IMG/VR virus record: IMGVR_UViG_3300042452_000950
Coordinates: 2,457 to 66,456 of that record
Direction: 5' to 3' (one strand)
Length of the DNA stretch: 64,000 bases
DNA from: a virus
Positions 38,351 to 48,100 of the stretch are shown here, one piece after another; position 1 is the stretch's first letter; each line of letters opens with the position of its first letter. The translations under genes were made by a program, and so were the position numbers. The notes beneath the pieces were generated by a model. That model saw nothing but the letters and a program-made list of their open reading frames with translations. It did no database searches and was not told the DNA's origin.

Positions 38351-39289
38351 TTAGTTCTCTAGATTAAACTCATCCCCATCAGGGATGTCTTCGAGCGATT
38401 CCAAAGAGCCCTTAGCAGCGTCGATTTTCAACGGCGCCTTAGGCTCTTCTTCAATCACATCGGTCGGCTTAATTGCAGGCTTTTCGTTGAGAATTTTAGC
38501 CATCTTTGCGGCGTCATAAATCAAAGCGCCCGAAGGTTTCGGGAACTTGGCTGCCACGTTTTTGTGCTGACGCAGCAAGGCAATTGCCTGAGCATCAGTC
38601 AAAATGGGGAAACCTTTATTGATATCGATGCGGGAAAGCTGATCTGCCACGTCCGGAAGATCTGCCATAATATCAGCAAGGCTCGTGTGCTTGCGATAGG
38701 TCCAACTATCGCCGATGCGCGGCGCCTTATCATTATTAGAACGCTGCACGCTGAACATAGCATACTGCATATCTTTGCCAGTAATCTCAGAAACAGCGGT
38801 GAGCTGTTCAATGACATTACCAGAGGAAGGAATGTAGATCGATTTAACGGACATTTTGACTTCTGTCCCATCCTTGCGCTTGAAGGGCGTCAGATCGAGG
38901 ATCTTGGCTACCCACATCAGCCGCGGCTTACGTCCCAGGGCTTCTTCGATGAGACAGCTGTCGCGACCCTGCATCATTTTAATTTCACCGTCCGCCGATA
39001 CATCGACAGCTGTCATGGACCGAACATAATCCGTCCCAGGGTAGTGACCCTTCGGGCCGCTAACGGCCGCGAACGCCAGCTCATGGACAAACAGCGGTTG
39101 AACATCCGTGAGGAAAACAACACCTGTTTTAGCTCCTGAGGCGATCTTGAACGGGAAGCCGCCTCGGTGCTTCCACATCTCGGCCCACACATTACTATCC
39201 TGATTCTTGTTGACGTACTCGGTATTGCGCAGATTTTTGAAGGCGCGGAGGTTGCCAACGGGCGGGCGGTTGTCGTCTAAAAGACCCAT
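38351..39289 (-). CDS. Single-stranded DNA-binding protein candidate
   Basis: Between primase and polymerase; acidic C-terminus EDIPDGDEFNLEN; high-expression codon bias. Confidence 0.5.
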   Translation of the reverse strand: MGLLDDNRPPVGNLRAFKNLRNTEYVNKNQDSNVWAEMWKHRGGFPFKIASGAKTGVVFLTDVQPLFVHELAFAAVSGPKGHYPGTDYVRSMTAVDVSADGEIKMMQGRDSCLIEEALGRKPRLMWVAKILDLTPFKRKDGTEVKMSVKSIYIPSSGNVIEQLTAVSEITGKDMQYAMFSVQRSNNDKAPRIGDSWTYRKHTSLADIMADLPDVADQLSRIDINKGFPILTDAQAIALLRQHKNVAAKFPKPSGALIYDAAKMAKILNEKPAIKPTDVIEEEPKAPLKIDAAKGSLESLEDIPDGDEFNLEN

Positions 39290-39292
39290 GTT

Positions 39293-40285
39293 TTATCCTT
39301 TTGTTAACTTTGTGAGTTGTTGAGTTGTCAGATTTTTGGGATCACAATCTGGTATTACATTTTTGGATTCGATTCCATATTTCGATAGGGCTGTCTGGAT
39401 TCTTGAGACGGCGCGCTGTCCTTCTGGATCCGGATCCAGCATAAGAATAACCTGCTGTATTCCGGATTCCAGTAGCCTGAGAGCTTTATTTTCACTCAAA
39501 AAGAGACCCATTAGCGCAGCAGCTCTAAACCCTTCTTGGGCAATATGTAAGGCGTCTAGCGGACCTTCAACTAAAATCAGGGTCTGGTCTTTCCTGGTAT
39601 CGAGCATTTGTTCTCCAAATAAATAGCCGCTGCCTTCGAAAGGCATCACCGCGTAGTATTTGGAAAAGCCGTCAGGTGGGTCGATGTACCTGCCTTGAGC
39701 GCCGACACACACGTACCTGTCATTTATTTTAGTGAATACTGGCAGGACTAGGACGTCATGGGGAACCCTTTTAATATCTTTTTGATTCGGTAATATTAGC
39801 TCGGTTCCTTTGGGTATAAAACCACAGCCAAACTTAATGGCTGTCAATAATCTTATGCCCTTTTTTGATAGGAAATTTGCGATACGCTCGTCAGCCGATT
39901 CTGTAAGTTTATACTGCTTAACGAGTTGTGAATAGTCAATACGGTTACGGTATAATTTAGGACCAGGTTTGGTCTCTATTTTTTTAAGGGTTTTGTTCTG
40001 CTCCAGTTGTTGCGCTTGGAGGGCTAGGGCGGCAAAACCTCCTACCGCTGTATTGAGTTCAAACAGCATATTAACAAATGGCTTTTTGTACCCACAGGAA
40101 AAGCAGGTAACAAAGGAGTCGTCATTTCCGTGACTGATCGTCATGGATGGTCGACTATCCTTTCCGTTAACGTGCCTGATGGGGGCGACAAGACAAGTGA
40201 GACTTAAATGATTACTTCCGGAATTACTTATTCGACCGATTCCATCAATCTGTTCTAAGAGGTTACGAAGGTCGTGTTCTTGCAT
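39293..40285 (-). CDS. dnaG: DNA primase (Zn-binding + TOPRIM)
   Basis: C..H..D..PS..CFSCG, ILVEGPLDAL, LMLDPDPEG. Confidence 0.88.
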   Translation of the reverse strand: MQEHDLRNLLEQIDGIGRISNSGSNHLSLTCLVAPIRHVNGKDSRPSMTISHGNDDSFVTCFSCGYKKPFVNMLFELNTAVGGFAALALQAQQLEQNKTLKKIETKPGPKLYRNRIDYSQLVKQYKLTESADERIANFLSKKGIRLLTAIKFGCGFIPKGTELILPNQKDIKRVPHDVLVLPVFTKINDRYVCVGAQGRYIDPPDGFSKYYAVMPFEGSGYLFGEQMLDTRKDQTLILVEGPLDALHIAQEGFRAAALMGLFLSENKALRLLESGIQQVILMLDPDPEGQRAVSRIQTALSKYGIESKNVIPDCDPKNLTTQQLTKLTKG

Positions 40286-40326
40286 TGTGATGGTTTGGTT
40301 AGCTGCAAAACCTATACTTTATCAAT

Positions 40327-42582
40327 ATGCCGAGAAAGATAAATAGACGAGGACAACCGCCGGGTCAAGAGGTCACAAGCGGACAGAGTGGCCTGCTTCC
40401 AGGCTATTTATTTGATAAGGTTGTCAGTATACCTGACCAGTACCTAACACTGGGCTCAGAATTACCTTCTGGGCTGTTAATCGGAGGTACCGGAAGTGTC
40501 GGAAACTCTGGAAAAGCGGCACCGCTGGATCACGTTCATACCGTAAGCCACGGAAACCTGATTGGAGGAACGCTGCACGCACTCGCTACCATGATAACTC
40601 CAGGTTTCATGAGTGCGGAGGATAAATACAGATTAGATACGTTATGGAATAGTCCTTCTGGTGGCGGAGGTGGAGGAACCTCGGCGACATTTATTTGGCA
40701 CGAATCTCCGGTAGGCACTAGGAACGGTGTAAACGCAGTATTTACCTTAGCCCAGTCTCCTGATCCTGCAAGCAGTTTAACGCTTTTTAGAAACGGTCTT
40801 TTACTGCGGCCAGGTTCCCCGTACGACTTCTTGTTATCTGGTAATACGGTCACGTTTAATTCGCCGTCGATCCCTATCAGTCCAGATATCCTCAGAGCAA
40901 ACTATCAAATCAGTGATGTATCTCCGGCTGCCCTTGATCACGGAACTTTAACGGGGTTGGCAGACGACGACCACCTTCAATACCTAACATCACCTAGAGC
41001 CAGTACTTGGCTGGCCACCAAGACAACCACAAACCTTACCGAAGGTTCAAATCTATATTTTACTAACGAGCGGGCCCAGGACGCTGTTGGCAACATTTTG
41101 ACGAACTCGTCTACGATAAGTTGGACGTACAACGACGGCCTCGGAACCATATCTGCGGCAGTAATCGCTGGTGGTGTTTCTCACGCGTCCTTAGCGAGCC
41201 TTACCTCAGGTGATCCGCATACACAGTACCAGTTACGTTCTGAAAAGAACGCTAATAGTGGTTACGCTGGGCTAACATCTCTCGGGCTGCTGTCTCCCTC
41301 AAGAATTCCAGCGATGCCACTTTCGTTCTTAAGTGACGTATCTCCTGGAATACCTCTAAATGGTTACGTATTAACGTACAACGCTAGCAGCGGTCAGTGG
41401 CAGTCGCAATCCCCTACTGGTGGCGGTGGCGGGGGTGTGACCGATCACGGGGCTCTAACTGGGTTGACCGATGACGACCACCCGCAGTATCTAACCTCAC
41501 CAAGAGCAAATACGTGGCTCGCCACAAAGACCACATCAAATCTGACCGAGGGATCTGGACTCTACTACACGGACGAAAGAGTCCAGGATGCTGTGGGGGC
41601 GATGGTTTCACCGTCGTCGACCATTCGGTGGTCTTACAATGACGCAGCTGGCAAGATCCAGGCTTTCATATCGCCAGCGAACATCTCTCACGCCTCGCTA
41701 TCAAACCTAACCGTCGGGGATCCACACACTCAGTATCTTCTTGAGTCAGCGGTAAGCGCCTTAATTTTTAGTCCTGGTCAGATATCTCCTCAGGGTTCCG
41801 GATCAGGATTTGATGCAGACACTGTAGACGGTTACCAGGCATCCGCGTTCGCCTTGTCTGGCCACGTACACACCTTAGCGCAGCTAACTGACGTTTCACC
41901 TGGAACTCCGACAAACGGCCAGGTCTTAACTTACAACTTCTCTAGCGGCCAATGGCAAAGCCAGTCTCCTGCTACCGGAGGGGTCTCTGACCACGGATCC
42001 CTTACAGGTCTCGGTGACGATGATCACACTCAGTATCAACTAAGATCAGAAAAGAACACAACCAACGGGTACGCCGGTCTAGATTCTTCCGGGCTGCTCT
42101 CGCCGTCCAGGATACCGTCATTTTCTATAGGGAACCTGTCTGATGTATCTCCAACAACGCCCACCAATAACCAGATTTTGGCGTATCATTCGGCGTCCGG
42201 TCAATGGCGTAACCAATCCCCAACAGCTACTGAGGATATAATTAGTTGCTATATTGATGCTTCGCCAGATCTGATAGCTGTCGGAAAAAAGGCCTACAAA
42301 TTAATGCCTTATAACTGCTCAGTAACCGGCTGGTACGTTGTGGCCTCGACAACTGGAACTATCGCATGGGATGTTAAAAGGACATCATTTGCGTCGTATC
42401 CATCGACAGTATCAATTGTGAACGGAAACAGCCCAATACTTTCTTCTCAATCAAAAAATTCTTATACAACAATTTCAAGCTGGTCTCCGATCTCTGCCGG
42501 GGATGTGCTCGATTTCTTCATAAGCAGTAACAGCGACATTACTAACTCAGGACTATTCCTCAAGATCAGGAGAACCTCGTGA
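40327..42582 (+). CDS. Tail fibre-like protein with His/Asp repeat modules
   Basis: DHGxLTGLxDDDHxQY, NLTEGSNLYFTNERAQDAVG, DPHTQY, DADTVDG, LSDV..GQVLTY..GQW modules. Confidence 0.75.
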   Translation: MPRKINRRGQPPGQEVTSGQSGLLPGYLFDKVVSIPDQYLTLGSELPSGLLIGGTGSVGNSGKAAPLDHVHTVSHGNLIGGTLHALATMITPGFMSAEDKYRLDTLWNSPSGGGGGGTSATFIWHESPVGTRNGVNAVFTLAQSPDPASSLTLFRNGLLLRPGSPYDFLLSGNTVTFNSPSIPISPDILRANYQISDVSPAALDHGTLTGLADDDHLQYLTSPRASTWLATKTTTNLTEGSNLYFTNERAQDAVGNILTNSSTISWTYNDGLGTISAAVIAGGVSHASLASLTSGDPHTQYQLRSEKNANSGYAGLTSLGLLSPSRIPAMPLSFLSDVSPGIPLNGYVLTYNASSGQWQSQSPTGGGGGGVTDHGALTGLTDDDHPQYLTSPRANTWLATKTTSNLTEGSGLYYTDERVQDAVGAMVSPSSTIRWSYNDAAGKIQAFISPANISHASLSNLTVGDPHTQYLLESAVSALIFSPGQISPQGSGSGFDADTVDGYQASAFALSGHVHTLAQLTDVSPGTPTNGQVLTYNFSSGQWQSQSPATGGVSDHGSLTGLGDDDHTQYQLRSEKNTTNGYAGLDSSGLLSPSRIPSFSIGNLSDVSPTTPTNNQILAYHSASGQWRNQSPTATEDIISCYIDASPDLIAVGKKAYKLMPYNCSVTGWYVVASTTGTIAWDVKRTSFASYPSTVSIVNGNSPILSSQSKNSYTTISSWSPISAGDVLDFFISSNSDITNSGLFLKIRRTS

Positions 42583-44993
42583 AATCTGCCGTAGAACACC
42601 ACTTCACTGGAACAACAGAACCGCTTACAGGTACTTACAACTCCTCTAAGACGATGCTCGGATCGCTGCTGCGCCAGGCAACCGGAGCAACCGCTGAGGA
42701 TAAGTTTATATCCACCAAAGCCTCTGTGATGCTCAACATTCCAGAAGTTATGATCGGATCGCAGCATATGCCGCACGTGTACAAGTGGTCAGATAATATC
42801 TATTGGATATTTGCCACGTCGTCGGCGACAGCTTCTGCCACTCGTACGATAACCTTAACAGAATTTAATTCTAACGCCGGAACACTCAGTTACCGAGGCT
42901 TTATCACCCTTTCAGGTACGACCATCTCTACAAGCAAGACCGCCCGTGGTCTGCGCGCGTTTGTCTATGAACATACCACGGGAACAGTCTCTACAAGTGG
43001 CGCTTCGACCACTATTACTGGATCAAGTACGCAGTTCCAAGCGGAAAGGATTGCAGTTGGCGCCCGCATTGGATTTGGAACAACAGATCCGACGGCTGTA
43101 ACGACGTGGTATGACATAACTGCCATAGCTAGCAATACGTCCTTAACGATAAACGCGCCGGTCACACTATCAGGTGGAACGTCCTACGTAATTGAGGAAA
43201 TTAGAATAACGCTACTAGTCACGAACGCAACTGCGATTAACGGAGGGATCCACCTTATTAAAGGGTTGAACTACGGCACATTTATTAGCGGCGGTACAAC
43301 AATACCAGAGGCGACTACAGTAGACAATATTAGAGCGTCATATCTGTTGAAAGACCCTGTGTTCGCTGGTTCTCAGACAGCGACTGTGACGATGACAATC
43401 GCAACGCCATGTGTCGTAACGTTAAACAGCCACGGATTGATTGAAGGCGATACTATCGTACTTACTACCACTGGTGCGCTGCCCACTGGTCTGACAGCTT
43501 CCGCAACTACCGCGACCCTTTATTTTGTTAGAAACCCGACAACTAACACGTTCAACCTCTCGACTACTAGAACGGGTGCACTTGTAAACACATCAGGATC
43601 CCAGTCAGGTACGCACACTATCCACCACTACCCAAGTATGAACGGGGGAGGAATAGCCGCCGAAGATTTTGTTAGCAACACTGACCACTCTTTATATTTG
43701 GTAGGAGTTATTGGTGCTACGGAAGGAGTCATTCTGGAGTACAACATGCGCGCATCGCTGACCGTCGGCGCATATGGATCCGTTCCCAACATTACAGCTG
43801 GCGTTACTCCTAGCGCGTTTGTTTTACGAACTGGAACGGTGACCACGGTACAGCTAACACAAAACAACGGAGCACGTGTGTTTTCAGTCTCTCACGGAGC
43901 GGCCTCCGGTGTGAATAGCCTATACTTTACGGGAACTACTAGAATTTACCGTGCGGCGGTGTCTGGCATCACTTCTGGAAGTACGACCTTTCTTTCGGAC
44001 GCGGGTATGTTGGAGGTTCCTCCGGGAGCAACAGTCACGTACACTGCTCAATCTACGATGTCGCAACTGGATTACTCGTCAATGGTTGACCGCATATTTA
44101 TCTCTAACTCCGGCGGACGATTTGGAATATACGTAGCACCGTACAACACCGCCGGTGATCAATTTGAGAAACTCATGGGAGCTAACCTTAACAGACTCAA
44201 GTTAACAACCACACCATCCGGTGCGTCGGACGGCCTATTCCCAACAACGGTTGTAACCATGTGGACAGAAGATGGGTGGATGTTCACCATCCCCTCCACG
44301 ACAACTACAGGTCAAAACTGGTTGTTGGTTTGGCCCTTCGGAGCGGATGCGTTTTATAACAGCGACAGCGACCAGCACGTGATTACGCCAAAACTGGCAA
44401 CAACTGATGCAAGTAAACTATACCACGTGTACGTCGACCACCAGGAGTACGCGGGCACATACGGACTAGGGTTCCCAGTAGAGAGTTATAAAATTTGGTA
44501 CAGGACTACGGGAATTGATGATGATTCCGGGGCTTGGACAGCGGTCGGTCTTGGAGCCGACCTCACGGGCGTCACTCCAAGCGACTACATTCAGTTTAAG
44601 ATTGCTTTTGATATTATGGGAGAAATCTGCGCCCCAACGAGAATCTATTCAATCTGCTGCACATACGAGGACTCTTCACAAGATTCGCACTACCAACCGT
44701 CACTTTCTAAATCGTCGACGGCCAGCAAGATCTTTGCTTGGAAGCAGGTGGTGGCATGGGGAAGCAATATTCCAAACCTTCGTGTCAGACTGTATGACGC
44801 CAGCACTGAAGTGGAACTACTTAACGACACGGTGACGCTGTCTTCCTACGGTACGTGGCAATACTCTACCGACGGCACTACTTGGAACTCTTGGAGCTCA
44901 TCTGCCGACGCGGTAGGTAATTTTATCAGATATACCGCGAGCGGCTTCGGATACAGCGGAGTGACTGTACGAGTACTACTAACACAGGCATAA
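42579..44993 (+). CDS. Thr/Ser-rich virion (fibre-associated/receptor-binding) protein
   Basis: 804 aa beta-rich; TIATPCVVTLNSHGL..TTTGALPTGL..YFVR module; GTGA overlap. Confidence 0.65.
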   Translation: MKSAVEHHFTGTTEPLTGTYNSSKTMLGSLLRQATGATAEDKFISTKASVMLNIPEVMIGSQHMPHVYKWSDNIYWIFATSSATASATRTITLTEFNSNAGTLSYRGFITLSGTTISTSKTARGLRAFVYEHTTGTVSTSGASTTITGSSTQFQAERIAVGARIGFGTTDPTAVTTWYDITAIASNTSLTINAPVTLSGGTSYVIEEIRITLLVTNATAINGGIHLIKGLNYGTFISGGTTIPEATTVDNIRASYLLKDPVFAGSQTATVTMTIATPCVVTLNSHGLIEGDTIVLTTTGALPTGLTASATTATLYFVRNPTTNTFNLSTTRTGALVNTSGSQSGTHTIHHYPSMNGGGIAAEDFVSNTDHSLYLVGVIGATEGVILEYNMRASLTVGAYGSVPNITAGVTPSAFVLRTGTVTTVQLTQNNGARVFSVSHGAASGVNSLYFTGTTRIYRAAVSGITSGSTTFLSDAGMLEVPPGATVTYTAQSTMSQLDYSSMVDRIFISNSGGRFGIYVAPYNTAGDQFEKLMGANLNRLKLTTTPSGASDGLFPTTVVTMWTEDGWMFTIPSTTTTGQNWLLVWPFGADAFYNSDSDQHVITPKLATTDASKLYHVYVDHQEYAGTYGLGFPVESYKIWYRTTGIDDDSGAWTAVGLGADLTGVTPSDYIQFKIAFDIMGEICAPTRIYSICCTYEDSSQDSHYQPSLSKSSTASKIFAWKQVVAWGSNIPNLRVRLYDASTEVELLNDTVTLSSYGTWQYSTDGTTWNSWSSSADAVGNFIRYTASGFGYSGVTVRVLLTQA

Positions 44994-44994
44994 T

Positions 44995-45135
44995 ATGGAC
45001 GACATTTTATTTGTTTGCAAGTTTTTCTTCCTGGATATGCCTGTTCAGGGTCCTGGAAGTGTTGCCAGAATAGAAGCTCCCACTTCGCTGTTTGTTTTGA
45101 GAATAGCGCTTCCAGAGCGGATCAGTATTTCTTAA
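44995..45135 (+). CDS. Small hypothetical protein (46 aa)
   Basis: ATG..TAA frame MDDILFVCKFF...RISIS fills the gap between two fibre genes. Confidence 0.5.
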   Translation: MDDILFVCKFFFLDMPVQGPGSVARIEAPTSLFVLRIALPERISIS

Positions 45136-45147
45136 TAGGAGCAATCT

Positions 45148-48100
45148 GTGGCCAGACTTAATATTCAATCACCTGATATTGGAACTGGAATAGTAACCAG
45201 TCAAAAGCTGGCTAATACAGGAGTAGTCGCCGGAACTTACAGCCTTCCGACATTAACAGTTAATGCAAAAGGACAGCTTACCAGCATTAACTCAGGAGCA
45301 TTCTCTCCAGGAATGCTGTCACCGACAGGATCTGGCTCGGGTCTAGATGCCGACCTTCTAGATGGATATCACGCATCCGCTTTCGCTCTTGCAGGCCACA
45401 GCCACGCTCTGAATGATTTAACTGACGTAGTCACTCCGTCACCTAAAAATGGACAATTATTAGAATTCGATGGCACCAACTGGGTAAATGCAGTCCGTCC
45501 ATCAAACGAGCCGATCGGACACGAAGACTTCACTGAGAGTACGATATCCTTTGACGAGAGCACTCGTATATTCTCAATTGCTCCAGTTGGTGTATCTCAC
45601 ACGGTGTGGTGTGTTGGTATTCGATATATAAAGACAACAACTGAAACGGTTACCATACCGGACACTACTGCTCTCTACTATATCTATTACTCGTCTTCTG
45701 GAGTTTTATCATATAAGACAAGTTTCTTCACCTGGGATCAGGAAGCTCCTGTAGCATACATTTACTGGAACGCCGACGATAATCGGGCGTACTATCTAGC
45801 AGATGAGCGTCACGGGGTAACGCTGGATTGGGCCACACACGAGTACCTACACAGAACGCGTGGAGCTGCTTACGCTAGTGGGTTTGGGGTAAACAACTAC
45901 ACAACGACAGGCAACGGTAGCCTCGATTCACATGCTCAGATTGATCTGGCTGACGGAACGTTCTTCGACGAAGATCTTCAAATCGATATTGTTCACGCCG
46001 CTTCTCCTGTAGTAAATACTTGGCAACAGCATCTACAAGGTCACGGTCGGTTTCCGATCTTTTATAGAACTGGTAACGTCTGGAAAAGGACATCTCCGAC
46101 CAATTTCCCCATTTATTATACTACGGCGGCTAATTACAACCTGAACTCTGCGGGTCACTGGTCGCCCGTTACTCTAGCGAACAATAGGTATGGAATCTCG
46201 TGGTTAGTTGCCACAAACAACCTTACGTATCCCGCTATGGTTATTTTAGGTCAGGCGGAATACACAAACGAGGCGGGTTACGCGGCAGCAAACTGGAGTG
46301 ATTTGGATCTCTCCGGATTTCCGTCGGTGGAATTCAGACCGCTCCACAAGATTGTTTACCAAACTAGCACTTCGTACGCGAACACACCGAAATCGAGATT
46401 TGTTCACGTTTACGATCTTCGGTCAATCCTTCCAACTGGTGGCGTAACTTCTTTACCAGTTACTGACCACGGGGCTTTAACTGGACTAGGGGATGATGAT
46501 CACCTTCAGTATCTAACATCTCCGAGAGCTAACACATGGCTGGGAACTAAGTCTATCGGAGCCTTGTCCGACGTATCTCCGTCGACACCGCTAGACGGCC
46601 AGGCGCTCATTTATCACTCAGCCAGCGGACAGTGGAGAAATTCTACTCTTCCTTCCGGTGTTACTGACCACGGTTTGCTGACCGGACTTAGTGACGACGA
46701 TCACTTACAGTATTTAACGTCTCCGCGTGCTGATACTTGGCTATCAACTAAAACCACGACCAACCTGCTCGAAGGTACAAATCTGTACTACACAGACGAG
46801 CGGGCACAAGACGCGTTTGGGGGAATGGTATCTCCGTCCTCCACCATTAAATGGTCGTATAACGACGTTGCCGGAAAAATCACCGCGTCAGTATCTCCAG
46901 CAGGAATATCGCACTCGTCGTTAGCAGACCTAACTACAGGAGATCCACATACACAGTACCAGATTGAGTCAGAAAAGAACTCCGCGAACGGGTACATGGG
47001 ACTTGATTCCGGTGGTAGAGCGTCTCCGACTAGGTTAGGTTCAGGTACGCCAACATCGTCAGTTTGGTTACGTGGAGACGGTGTTTGGTCAACGGTTCCG
47101 TATTCTCCTGCCGACGCAATCACGGTCGATGCTACCGCAGTAAAGAATCCAAACTTTGAATCGACTCCAGGAACAGCTCCTCTAAATGCTGTTTTGGTGA
47201 CTTGGGGAATTGATAACGGCGTAAGCCCTGTGGACGTCTACGGGTACGTGACGTACTCAGGTTTAAACACTTGGCTCGGAACCCGTACCACAACTAACTT
47301 AACTGAAGGAACTAACCTCTATTATACGGATGAGAGGGCTCAGGATGCTTTTGGCGCAATGGTATCTCCATCTAGCACTATAAGATGGACTTATAATGAT
47401 GCGGCTGGAAAGATTCAGGCTTTTGTTTCCCCAGCAAATATTTCTCATGCCGATCTAGCGAACCTGACATCCGGAGATCCGCATACTCAGTACCAGCTAA
47501 AATCTCAAAAGAACGTGGCGAATGGCTACGCGGGGCTCGACGCAAGTGGGCTGGTTTCTCCTGTCCGTATTCCAGCGATGCCGCTGTCTTTCCTAAGCGA
47601 TGTCTCGCCAGGAACTCCGACAAATGGACAAGTTCTAACTTATCACACCACTTCTGGTCAGTGGCGCAGCACGTCTCCGACTGTGTACGTTACAGATCAC
47701 GGCGCACTGACCGGATTGGCCGATGATGATCATACTCAGTATCTCACTTCTCCGAGAGCTAATACTTGGTTAGCTACAAAAACTACCACGAACCTACTTG
47801 AAGGTTCTAACCTGTATTACACGGACGAGAGGGTTCAGGATGCGGTCGGGGCAATGGTGTCGCCATCCAGTACCGTGCGGTGGACGTACAACGACGCGGC
47901 AGGAAAAATTCAGGCGTTCGTCTCTCCGGCAAATATCGATCACGGTGCATTAGGCGGCCTTACTGATGACGATCACCTACAGTACCTAACATCTCCTAGG
48001 GCCAACACCTGGTTAGCAACTAAGACCACGACCAATCTAACCGAAGGTTCTAATCTCTACTACACCGATGAAAGAGCGCAGGACGCTTTTGGTGGGATGG

